A stretch of DNA of 64,000 bases. Source: an uncultured Clostridia bacterium. Lineage in GTDB: Bacteria; Bacillota; Clostridia; TANB77; CAG-508. The position numbers and the translations under genes are program-made. Below the pieces are notes generated by a model. It had not been told where the DNA came from and did no database searches. It was given only the letters and a program-made list of their open reading frames with translations. Shown here piece by piece: positions 18,454-27,202 of the stretch (its first letter is position 1; each line of letters starts with the position of its first letter). The stretch covers positions 915-64,914 of the forward strand of contig CAKPFO010000006.1 of the NCBI GenBank assembly GCA_934153805.1, read 5' to 3'.

Positions 18454-19140
18454 TTATTTTGTACACAGGAATTTAATGTATCTTAATAATTTTTGTGTTG
18501 ACTCTTCTACACTCTCACAATCTGTTACATCCACCTCTATTGTTAATGGATAAATTTTATAAAATCCAGATTTTTCTTGTAATTCATCTCTCTTTGCAAT
18601 ATGATTTCTTAATTCATTTAAATCTATTTCTTTATTATATTGAATAGCCTTTCTTCTTACCCTTTCTTCTAAAGAAGCTGTAACAAAAAAATGATAATCT
18701 AAATCTGGATAAATTTCCATTAAAGCTCTTCCTGAAACTATTACATTATATTTTTGTTTAAATTCATTTATGATATTTCGCGCCAAGTAAAATAGTTTAG
18801 TGTTATCTGCTACATTGCTTGCAACAGAAACTGCCATAGATGTTTTGTTATTTTGTAATTCCTGTTCATCAATTTTTTTATTTCCCACATATACAACTGT
18901 TTCATTATTTTCTAATTTTATTTCTACTTTTAACTTTTGCATTATTGTCGTAATGTCTGTATCTTTTAATAAAAGCATATCATCGTCTTTATTTTTTTGC
19001 ATAAAAGCATATACAATTCCTCTATACAAATTGCCTCCATGAAAAATAATGCTATTTGGTATCTTCTCTAGCAAATTTCTACATATAGAGGTTTTCCCGC
19101 TTCCAACTAATCCCTCTATTCCTATAACTATATTGTCCAT
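18454..19140 (-). CDS. P-loop nucleotide kinase, cytidylate-kinase-like family
   Basis: GIEGLVGSGKTS Walker A followed by GGNLYRGIVYA, resembling the CMP kinase TGxxYR segment. 228 aa. Confidence 0.55.
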   Translation of the reverse strand: MDNIVIGIEGLVGSGKTSICRNLLEKIPNSIIFHGGNLYRGIVYAFMQKNKDDDMLLLKDTDITTIMQKLKVEIKLENNETVVYVGNKKIDEQELQNNKTSMAVSVASNVADNTKLFYLARNIINEFKQKYNVIVSGRALMEIYPDLDYHFFVTASLEERVRRKAIQYNKEIDLNELRNHIAKRDELQEKSGFYKIYPLTIEVDVTDCESVEESTQKLLRYIKFLCTK

Positions 19141-19231
19141 TTTTCATTTCCTTCCAGTCATAAATAGGTTAAACATTTTTCAACCTTCTACGCAATTATA
19201 ACACATATTTGGCATTTGTAAAATATCCAAA

Positions 19232-19538
19232 TTATATTTTAATTAAATCTATGTAATTTGATTTTTGTGGATATATGTTTAAGACATAAATTTGTTTCTT
19301 ATTTATGAAATATAAAATAATAAATTTTTGAATAATAATTTTTCTTATTTTTATCTTATTGATAGTTTTAACTATTTGGTACATTTTGGGGTATTCTTGC
19401 AAAAATGAAATTTTTAAATAGAAATCTTCTTTAATCTTCTTTGACATTAAAATTGAAACTTTTGAAATATTTTCCGCAATATAATTCAAATCTTCTAGAC
19501 AAAAAAAGAGAAATATCAACTTTTTTATGTTGTTGCAT
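19232..19538 (-). pseudogene. ParE/RelE-family toxin, reading frame broken in a T7 run
   Basis: ATG 19538 overlaps the antitoxin stop (TATGCAACAACATAA) and reads MQQHKKVDISLF. The track ORF LEDLNYIAENISK...IRKIIIQKFIILYFINKKQIYVLNIY is in the next frame. Removing one T from the run at 19501-19507 joins them. Confidence 0.5.
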
Positions 19539-19710
19539 ACTCTTTTCCTCCATTGTTGATTTTTTGTTCTTTTTCTATTTTGCTTATTGTCTCATCTAAT
19601 CTTCTCATTGCTTCTTCAAATGGGATAGTTTCAATTTCACCTTTAAGTATTTTATCAGCTATTTGTGCCGCTTCTTGTATTTTCATTTCTTCATATTCTT
19701 CATAACTCAT
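19525..19710 (-). CDS. Putative antitoxin (61 aa, acidic)
   Basis: GAGGAG RBS, a small acidic helical protein, and a stop overlapping the toxin start codon. Confidence 0.5.
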   Translation of the reverse strand: MSYEEYEEMKIQEAAQIADKILKGEIETIPFEEAMRRLDETISKIEKEQKINNGGKEYATT

Positions 19711-19899
19711 TATAAATCATCTCCTCTTCAAATTATATATGCATTTCATTTATTGAATATTAACATATAAAGTGGCTTTTGTCAAACATATATTTGCGAC
19801 ATTTTTCGTCAAAAATTGTTGTCATTATAATGTAAAAAACTAATATGCTTTTAATGCACATTAGTTTTTATTACACTGTCTTATAAATTATATCGTATC

Positions 19900-21696
19900 T
19901 TACATAGCAAATCTTATTTTATCTATATTATAATTTTGGATTACTTCTTCATTTGAAAGATTTCTATTATATACTCTTAATGAATAAATAACTCCATTAA
20001 AATAGTGATTAGACCCCCATTTGCCTAAAATTGTATTAATTTGTGAAATTTTAGCTCCTGATGAAGTTTGTTCATTTATTTTATTTCCATTTGCCCATAA
20101 TTCAAAAGTATTTCCATTTCTTACTATTGTAATATTTATCTTCTCTGTAAACTTAAGATTATAATTATAATTAACATTTGTAGAAGCATTTCCTATGTTT
20201 TGAAATGATATTATTGAATTATCATAGCTTAATCCTGTTCTATTTGTTAAGTTTGACGTGTCAATTTGTCCTAAAACCATATATGTCCCATTTGTATATT
20301 TATTTAAAGAAAACGTAATATCTAATGTAAAGTTGTCTTCTTTTGGCATTAATATTGAATTCATATTAACCCAATTATTAGAACTTCCATCAAATAATAG
20401 CCCATTTTGTGTCCATGTAGTTCCATTAATTGTTGCACCAGTTAAATTATTTCCTGTTAAATCTGTCCATGTAGTAGCATCATAACTATGTCCTTCATTT
20501 GTATTTTTTATTCCATCATACCATGCCATCATACCATCTTTGATGTACTTATCTCTTCCTTTGTCTTCTAAATCAATGCCAAATCGATTATTATTTTCAT
20601 TATAGTTCTTTTCAATTTGTGTTTTAGTTAAATTTGTATTAAATACTTTAATAGAATAAATTGTTCCATTAAAATAGTAATTAGACCCCCATTTGCCTAA
20701 AATTGTATTAATTTGTGAAATTTTAGCTCCTGATGAAGTTTGTTCATTTATTTTATTTCCATTTGCCCATAATTCAAAAGTATTTCCATTTCTTACTATT
20801 GTAATATTTATCTTCTCTGTAAACTTAAGATTATAATTATAATTAACATTTGTAGAAGCATTTCCTATGTTTTGCAATGATATTATTGAATTATCGTAGC
20901 TTAATCCTGTTCTATTTGTTACGTTTGACGTGTCAATTTGTCCTAAAACCATATATGTTCCACTTGTATATTTATTTAGAGAAAACGTAATATCTAATGT
21001 AAAGTTGTTTTCTTTCGGCATTAATATTGAATTCATATCAACCCAATTATTAGAACTTCCATCAAATAACAGCCCATTTTGTGTCCATGTAGTTCCATTA
21101 ATTGTTGCACCAGTTAAATTGTTCCCTGTTAAATCTGTCCATGTAGTAGCATTATAACTATGTCCTTCATTTGTATTTTTTATTCCATCATACCATGCTA
21201 TTAAATTGCTTTCTTCTGTATAGTTTTCTACTATTGAAATAAATTCTGTTCTTAATTTATCGTCTATTTTAAACTGATATTTTTTATATACTACATATAT
21301 TTCTTTAGCATCTCCTATTGTATCTACTCCTGTTATTGAAGCTATCTTGGTTAATGATACTATATAATCCATATCAGTTTCATTTTTTAAGAAATCTACC
21401 AACTCATTTAGTGTAGCTGTTCCTTGCCTTTTAGTTTGTAATTCAACTATTTTCAAATCTAATTCTTCTTTAGCTTGTTCTATTTGATATTTTAATTTTG
21501 CATCTTCTACTTTTTTTAATAATCCATTTTCACCTACAATTAAATTTATTGCTACTCCGGCTAAAATGATTAAAACAATTATTGTTATTATAAGTGAAAT
21601 TAATGTAATTGCGGTTTCATTATTTTTTCTTTTTTTATTTAAAATGTTTTTGCCTGTATGCACAATCTCAACGGTTTTAGCTTTTGTCATTTTCAA
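19900..21696 (-). CDS. Prepilin-type N-terminal domain protein with two tandem LamG/concanavalin-like domains
   Basis: The N-terminal ETAITLISLIITIIVLIILAGVAINLIVGENGLL matches the Firmicute pseudopilin-like hydrophobic helix. Two units of about 180 aa follow with the LamG-like signature LLFDGSSNNWV...FTLDITF...WANG...IYS. Confidence 0.7.
   Translation of the reverse strand: MKMTKAKTVEIVHTGKNILNKKRKNNETAITLISLIITIIVLIILAGVAINLIVGENGLLKKVEDAKLKYQIEQAKEELDLKIVELQTKRQGTATLNELVDFLKNETDMDYIVSLTKIASITGVDTIGDAKEIYVVYKKYQFKIDDKLRTEFISIVENYTEESNLIAWYDGIKNTNEGHSYNATTWTDLTGNNLTGATINGTTWTQNGLLFDGSSNNWVDMNSILMPKENNFTLDITFSLNKYTSGTYMVLGQIDTSNVTNRTGLSYDNSIISLQNIGNASTNVNYNYNLKFTEKINITIVRNGNTFELWANGNKINEQTSSGAKISQINTILGKWGSNYYFNGTIYSIKVFNTNLTKTQIEKNYNENNNRFGIDLEDKGRDKYIKDGMMAWYDGIKNTNEGHSYDATTWTDLTGNNLTGATINGTTWTQNGLLFDGSSNNWVNMNSILMPKEDNFTLDITFSLNKYTNGTYMVLGQIDTSNLTNRTGLSYDNSIISFQNIGNASTNVNYNYNLKFTEKINITIVRNGNTFELWANGNKINEQTSSGAKISQINTILGKWGSNHYFNGVIYSLRVYNRNLSNEEVIQNYNIDKIRFAM
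19982..21198. repeat. Tandem direct duplication, two 545-bp units with 672-bp period
   Basis: 19982-20526 and 20654-21198 are near identical by eye (about 95 percent or better). The two shadow ORFs 20258..20485 and 20930..21157 are almost the same protein. Confidence 0.9.
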
Positions 21697-22151
21697 TCTC
21701 TCCTTTGTTTTTTCTTTGAAATTATAATATCACAGTTGATTTTTAGTGTCAATTGAATTTTTGTGATTTTATTTTTTATTTAGTTAAATTTCACATGTAT
21801 ATTTTTAGTCCTATGTGTGCACAATATATCTAGTTAAAAGAAAGGTAGGTGCTTTCAATATGTCAGAAAAAAATAGCAAAAAGAATAATAAAAACAGCCA
21901 AAGAAATAACGAAAATAATCAAAACAGAAATAACAACAATGAAAATAACAGCAATTGTAGATAGTAAGAAAACTTTTAGGCAAAACGCCTAAAAGTTTTT
22001 TATGTAAATTATTATTTTTTATTGAATTTTAATAATTAATGTTATATACTATTAACATCATTATTTCATATCATTTAATTTCAAGCTATTTTCAATAGCA
22101 ATATTTCAAAATTTATTGATAAATATTAATTAAAATGTTATACTAAAGGAG

Positions 22152-22427
22152 GTGATTACTCTGCCAATAATTTCGCAATTTTATGGTATTATTGTTAGTA
22201 TGTTTTTTAACGATACTGATAGACACCATAAACCACATATACATATTCAATACGGAGATTATCATTGTACTTTTGATTTTGATGGTAATATACTTTCAGG
22301 TAAAATACCTAACAAGCAAAGAAAACTAGTTGAAGCTTGGATAGAATTACGACAAGAAGAATTAGTTACTTTATGGTCAATTATACAAAATGGAAAAGGT
22401 TCTTTCTATATTGAACCTTTAAAATAA
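22152..22427 (+). CDS. DUF4160 domain protein
   Basis: PIISQFYGIIVSMFFNDTDRHHKPHIHIQYGDY...KLVEAWIELRQEELVTLW matches DUF4160. The AGGAGG RBS overlaps the GTG, so the exact start is uncertain. Confidence 0.75.
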   Translation: MITLPIISQFYGIIVSMFFNDTDRHHKPHIHIQYGDYHCTFDFDGNILSGKIPNKQRKLVEAWIELRQEELVTLWSIIQNGKGSFYIEPLK

Positions 22428-22450
22428 AAATTACATTAGGGGGCTTATTA

Positions 22451-22732
22451 ATGAATAATAAAATAGAAGAATTACCTATTGAAGTAAAACCTTTGGAAAA
22501 CTTTTTATTATATATTAAATTTAAAAATGGAGAAGAAAAAATATATGATATGAAAGAAATGTTAAAGTTTGATTATTATAAATCTTTAAATGATAAAAAT
22601 GTTTTCAAACAAGTATCTGTGTGTGGAATTACTCTCGTCTGGCCTACTGGGCAAGATATTGCACCAGAAAAAATTTACTTTAATAGCATTCCTTTAAAAG
22701 ATTACAAATATGAAATTAAAGAAATGAAATAA
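22451..22732 (+). CDS. DUF2442 domain protein
   Basis: IEVKPLENFLLYIKFKNGEEKIYDM...ITLVWPTGQDIAPEKIY matches DUF2442, 23 nt after the DUF4160 gene. Confidence 0.75.
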   Translation: MNNKIEELPIEVKPLENFLLYIKFKNGEEKIYDMKEMLKFDYYKSLNDKNVFKQVSVCGITLVWPTGQDIAPEKIYFNSIPLKDYKYEIKEMK

Positions 22733-22855
22733 CAAAATAAAACGTAGTCAAAGTTTTAAACCTTGATTACGTTTTATTTTTGTCATTATCAATTGATTTA
22801 CGAATTTCTTTTTAAATCTATTAAATTGACCTTTCAAAATTGTATTTTTTCAATA

Positions 22856-25688
22856 CTATTTTTCTAAATACTTCTTTAAAAATCTTCCTGTATAGCTTTG
22901 TTCATTTCTAACTATTTGTTCTGGAGAGCCTACTGCGACAATTTGTCCACCTTTGTCTCCTCCTTCTGGTCCCAAATCTATAATGTAGTCTGCTGTTTTT
23001 ATTAAATCCAAATTGTGTTCTATTACTACTATGCTATTGCCTGTATCTACTAAACGTTGCAAAATATCAACTAGTCTATGAACATCTGCAATATGTAATC
23101 CAGTCGTTGGCTCGTCTAATATATAAAGTGTTTTCCCTGTTGCCTTTTTAGAAAGCTCTGTTGCTAATTTAACACGTTGTGCTTCTCCACCAGACAATGT
23201 TGTAGAAGGCTGTCCTAATTTTATATAGCCTAAACCTACATCATTTAAAGTTTGTATCTTATTTTTTATTTTAGGTACATTTTTAAAGAATTCTAGTGCT
23301 TCTTCTACTGTCATATCTAATACATCAGAAATAGTCTTTCCTTTATATTTTACCTCTAAAGTTTCTTTATTATATCGCTTTCCATGACATACCTCGCAAG
23401 GAACATATACGTCTGGTAAAAAGTGCATTTCTATTTTTAATATTCCATCTCCGTTGCAAGCTTCACATCTTCCACCTGCCACGTTAAAGCTAAATCTACC
23501 TTTGTCATATCCACGCATTTTAGCTTCGTTTGTTCCTGCAAATAAATCACGAATAAAATCAAATACTCCAGTATATGTTGCAGGATTAGAACGAGGTGTT
23601 CTTCCTATTGGTGATTGGTCTATATTTATTATCTTGTCTATATTATCTATTCCTTTTATTTCTTTACACTTACCTGGTTTTTCGTTAGAACCGTTTAAGT
23701 CTCTTGCTATTGTTTTATACAATATCTCATTTACTAATGTACTTTTTCCTGAGCCAGATACTCCAGTTACGCATACAAATTGTCCTAGTGGAATTTTTAG
23801 GTTTATATTTTTTAAATTATGTTCAGTTGCTCCCTTTATTTCTATAGCTCTTCCGTTTGATTTTCTTCTTTTAGTTGGAACCTTAATTTGTTTTCTTCCA
23901 CTTAGATAGTCTCCTGTAGCCGAGCCCTCTACTTTTTTAATTTCTTCAGCCGTTCCGCTGTGCCATCACTCTACCACCATGTACACCTGCACCTGGTCCA
24001 ATATCTATTATTTGGTCTGCTGCATACATAGTATCTTCATCATGTTCTACAACTAAAACCGTGTTTCCTAAATCTCGCAATTTTTTTAGTGTTGCTATAA
24101 GTTTATCATTGTCTCTTTGATGAAGTCCAATGCTTGGCTCGTCTAATATATATAGGACTCCTGTTAGTCCAGAACCAATTTGTGTAGCTAGACGTATACG
24201 TTGAGCCTCTCCACCTGAAAGCGTTCCTGCGCTTCTTGAAAGTGTTAAATACTCAAGTCCAACATCCATTAAAAATTGTAACCTTTTGTTTAATTCTTTA
24301 AGAATTTGGTCAGCTATTATACTATCTTTTTTGCTTAATTCTAATGAATTTAAATAGTCTTTTATTTTGTCTACAGACATATCTGTTAACTCATTTATGT
24401 TTTTATCTCCAACTTTTACAGATAAGCTGTTTTTACTTAATCTTGAACCTTTACAAGTTGGGCAATCACTATCGCTCATGTACATTTCATAAAAATCACG
24501 CATTCCTTGTGATTTAGTCTCGCTGTGTCTTCTTTCTAGAGTTGGTATTACACCTTCAAAAGGCTGTGAAAACCTTCTTGTCCCTGATGGAGATGTATAT
24601 TCAAAATCAATAATTTCCGTTCCTGTACCATATAAGATTTTGTCTAAAAATTCTCGTGGTAATTTCTTAATTGGAACATCTTTTATTTTAACACCATAAT
24701 GTTTAGCAATGCTTTCAAAATACATTTTGGCCATAGTGTCGCCTTTTTTCATAGTACTTGCTCCAAAAGCTTTTACTCCATCATATAAAGTTTTTGTTTT
24801 GTCTGGTATAATTAAGTCTTCATCCATTTTCATTAAAAATCCTAACCCACTACAAGTTGGACAAGCACCAAATGGATTGTTAAAAGAAAACATTCTTGGT
24901 GATAATTCGCCTATGCTAATACCGCAGTCAGGGCATGCATAATTCCCGCTAAATAGTTTTTCCTCATTAGTTGTTGCATTTTGAACTAATGCTAAGTTAT
25001 CTGCATATTTAAAAGCAATTTCTATATCTTCTGCAAGTCTTGAACGTATATCTTCTTTTACAACTAGTCTATCAATTACAAGTTCTATAACATGTCTCTT
25101 CTTTTTATCTATGTCTAAATCATCAGAAAGTTCTACCATTTGTCCATCTATACGAGCACGCACAAAACCTTCTTTTTGATAGCCCTCTATTTGCTTTACA
25201 AATTCTCCTTTTCTGTCTCTTACAACTGGAGCAAATATTTGTATTTTTGTTCCTTCTTCCATTTGCATAATTATATCTACAACTTGATCTACTGTTTGCT
25301 TTTCAATTCTTTTACCACAGCTTGGACAGTATGGTACACCTATTCTTGCATATAATAGACGAATGTAGTCATATATTTCTGTTACTGTTCCTACAGTTGA
25401 ACGTGGATTTTTAGATGTTGTTTTTTGGTCTATTGATATTGCTGGTGATAGTCCATCTATAGATTCTACATCTGGTTTTTCCATTAATCCTAAAAATTGT
25501 CTAGCATAACTAGATAGACTTTCTACATATCTTCTTTGTCCTTCTGCATATAAAGTATCAAATGCTAAAGATGATTTTCCAGAACCTGAAAGACCTGTTA
25601 TTACAACTAGCTTGTCTCTTGGAATTTCTAAATCTATATTTTTTAAGTTGTGCACTTTAGCACCCTTAATTACTATTTTATCATTCAT
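22856..25688 (-). pseudogene. uvrA: Excinuclease ABC subunit A, interrupted by one frameshift near 23957
   Basis: The N-terminal 580 aa ends ...[17 protein letters not shown]. The next frame continues without a gap: [87 protein letters not shown]..., running into track ORF 22856..23722. Confidence 0.9.
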
Positions 25689-25740
25689 TGTTTTGCCTCC
25701 TCAATTTATCTATTGCAGTTCTAAAACTGTAAGTACCGTT

Positions 25741-25769
25741 ATTATACTATATTTTTGTTATAAAAACAA
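25741..25769 (-). promoter_or_regulatory. Putative sigma-A promoter of uvrA
   Basis: On the minus strand: TTGTTT (25769..25764), a 17-nt spacer, then TATAAT (25746..25741). Confidence 0.4.
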
Positions 25770-25990
25770 GAGTTTGGTAAACATTTCCTCTAGCAAAAAT
25801 TTATATACTATAATTTATAGATTGTAAGTGCTATGTTATCATTTTTATGCAACATTTTATTTGTATACAATATATATTTATTGTCAAAACATTCAATTTG
25901 GCTTGCTAAATATAGAAAAATGTGTTATTATGTAAATATGTTTATTAGTAACATCATTAACTAAGACTTTAGTTTATAAGGAGGACTTAT

Positions 25991-26281
25991 ATGGGAACAA
26001 CAGTAACTTTAGAAGAAAAACTTTGGTCAGAAGCGGATTTTGGTATGTTCCATTCATACGAAGTTATAACAAAGGCAAAAGCATCCGAACTTCGGAAGGA
26101 AGGTTTTATTGTAACAGATTCCAAGGATAAGAAAACCTTCCCTCGTCTGCACCGAATATATTGGGGGCAGGCAGTTGTGGAGTGTGATAATGTCCATGCA
26201 TTAAATGCAAAGGACGCAAAATATACATTTCCACAGCAGTTATGGATAACATCCATGCAAAATAGAAACATATTAGAATAA
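25991..26281 (+). CDS. Hypothetical protein (96 aa), compositionally atypical
   Basis: TAAGGAGG RBS 7 nt before the ATG and visibly higher GC than the flanks, followed by a 22-bp palindromic terminator. The overlapping minus-strand ORFs have no RBS. Confidence 0.6.
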   Translation: MGTTVTLEEKLWSEADFGMFHSYEVITKAKASELRKEGFIVTDSKDKKTFPRLHRIYWGQAVVECDNVHALNAKDAKYTFPQQLWITSMQNRNILE

Positions 26282-26322
26282 ACAATAAAAGGAGCAAAAG
26301 TTTGCTCCTTTTATTGTTTATT
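26277..26322. terminator. Bidirectional terminator, 22-bp perfect palindrome
   Basis: aataaacaataaaaggagcaaa (26277-26298) is the reverse complement of tttgctccttttattgtttatt (26301-26322). Confidence 0.7.
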
Positions 26323-26402
26323 AAGAAAATGATATTACAAAAGTTTTTTCCAGAGAGTGTACCTCTTAACAATATTTGAACTTGCACATAATCTTTAAAT
26401 AA

Positions 26403-26936
26403 TCATTTTATTCTAATTGCTCTTATTACTGTTTTCCCCGGTATTCCAACAACTGTAGAATTGTCCTCTACATTTTTTAGTACAACTGCATTGGCTCCTA
26501 TCTTTACATTGTTGCCAATTTTTATAGGGCCAAGAACTTTTGCTCCGCAACCAACAATAACCTTATTTCCTAAATCTGGATGTCTTTTATATTTATCTTT
26601 TCCTGTTCCGCCTAAAGTAACTCCATGGTACAATGTACAGTCATTTCCTATTGTAGTAGTTTCTCCTATTACTATTCCCATTCCATGGTCTATAAATAGT
26701 CTTCTTCCTATTTTTGCCCCTGGGTGTATTTCTATTCCAGTAAAAAATCTTGCTATTTGTGAATTTAACCTTGCTAAAAATTTCAAATGGCATTTATATA
26801 AAAAATGTGATACTCTATGAAATACTAGTATATGAAAGCCCGGATATAGAATTATTACTTCTAATATGTTTCTTGAAGCGGGGTCTTTTTTTTGTATATT
26901 TTTTGCATCTTCATATAATTCTCTAAATAATTTCAT
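26403..26936 (-). CDS. cysE: Serine O-acetyltransferase
   Basis: [49 protein letters not shown] plus hexapeptide repeats. Start set at ATG 26936 (MKLFREL) behind AGGTGA. Confidence 0.85.
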   Translation of the reverse strand: MKLFRELYEDAKNIQKKDPASRNILEVIILYPGFHILVFHRVSHFLYKCHLKFLARLNSQIARFFTGIEIHPGAKIGRRLFIDHGMGIVIGETTTIGNDCTLYHGVTLGGTGKDKYKRHPDLGNKVIVGCGAKVLGPIKIGNNVKIGANAVVLKNVEDNSTVVGIPGKTVIRAIRIK

Positions 26937-26992
26937 AAAATCACCTAGTATATAATACACGAAATGCAATTATAATGTTACAATTAGCACAT

Positions 26993-27188
26993 ATAATAAG
27001 TCTATAATTTTATAATATATTTTTTTGTCTCCTAGTTCGAGCTAAATTATTTAGAAATTCTAATATAAATTTTACGGGACCCTTTCAATAAATGAACATT
27101 CCACGTAAAATTTATATAAGAATTACTACAATAATTTTCTCTCAAGGCGTCGACTGCAAAATATATTATAAAATTATAGACTTATTAT
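26993..27188 (-). repeat. Palindrome-flanked intergenic element, copy C
   Basis: Perfect 31-bp inverted repeats (26993-27023 and 27158-27188) surround a 134-nt core. The central ~105 nt differ from copy B at about 4 positions by eye. Confidence 0.9.
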
Positions 27189-27202
27189 TTATATATTGTA
27201 TT

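Noticed and set aside
21859-22004. Apparent Asn/Lys-rich small ORF with an RBS-like AAAGGTAGGTG and a terminator (21971-22004)
   Set aside because: Careful codon counting shows the ATG frame stops after 16 codons (MSEKNSKKNNKNSQKK). The attractive 34-aa reading needs one A fewer in the run at about 21899-21902. The sequence is extremely low complexity, so I cannot support a gene or a frameshift.
23454-23909. 151-aa plus-strand ORF spanning the gap between the two uvrA ORFs
   Set aside because: It is antisense to continuous UvrA coding sequence that I could translate ([26 protein letters not shown]...), so it is a shadow ORF.
25689-25770. LexA box upstream of uvrA
   Set aside because: Only a half-site (AGAAC) lies downstream of the putative -10. 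No GAAC-N4-GTTC/T dyad was found, unlike upstream of rhuM-uvrB.
25987-26387. Minus-strand ORFs 25987..26271 and 26106..26387
   Set aside because: They overlap the plus-strand 25991..26281 ORF, which has a TAAGGAGG RBS and its own terminator. The minus-strand ORFs have neither.
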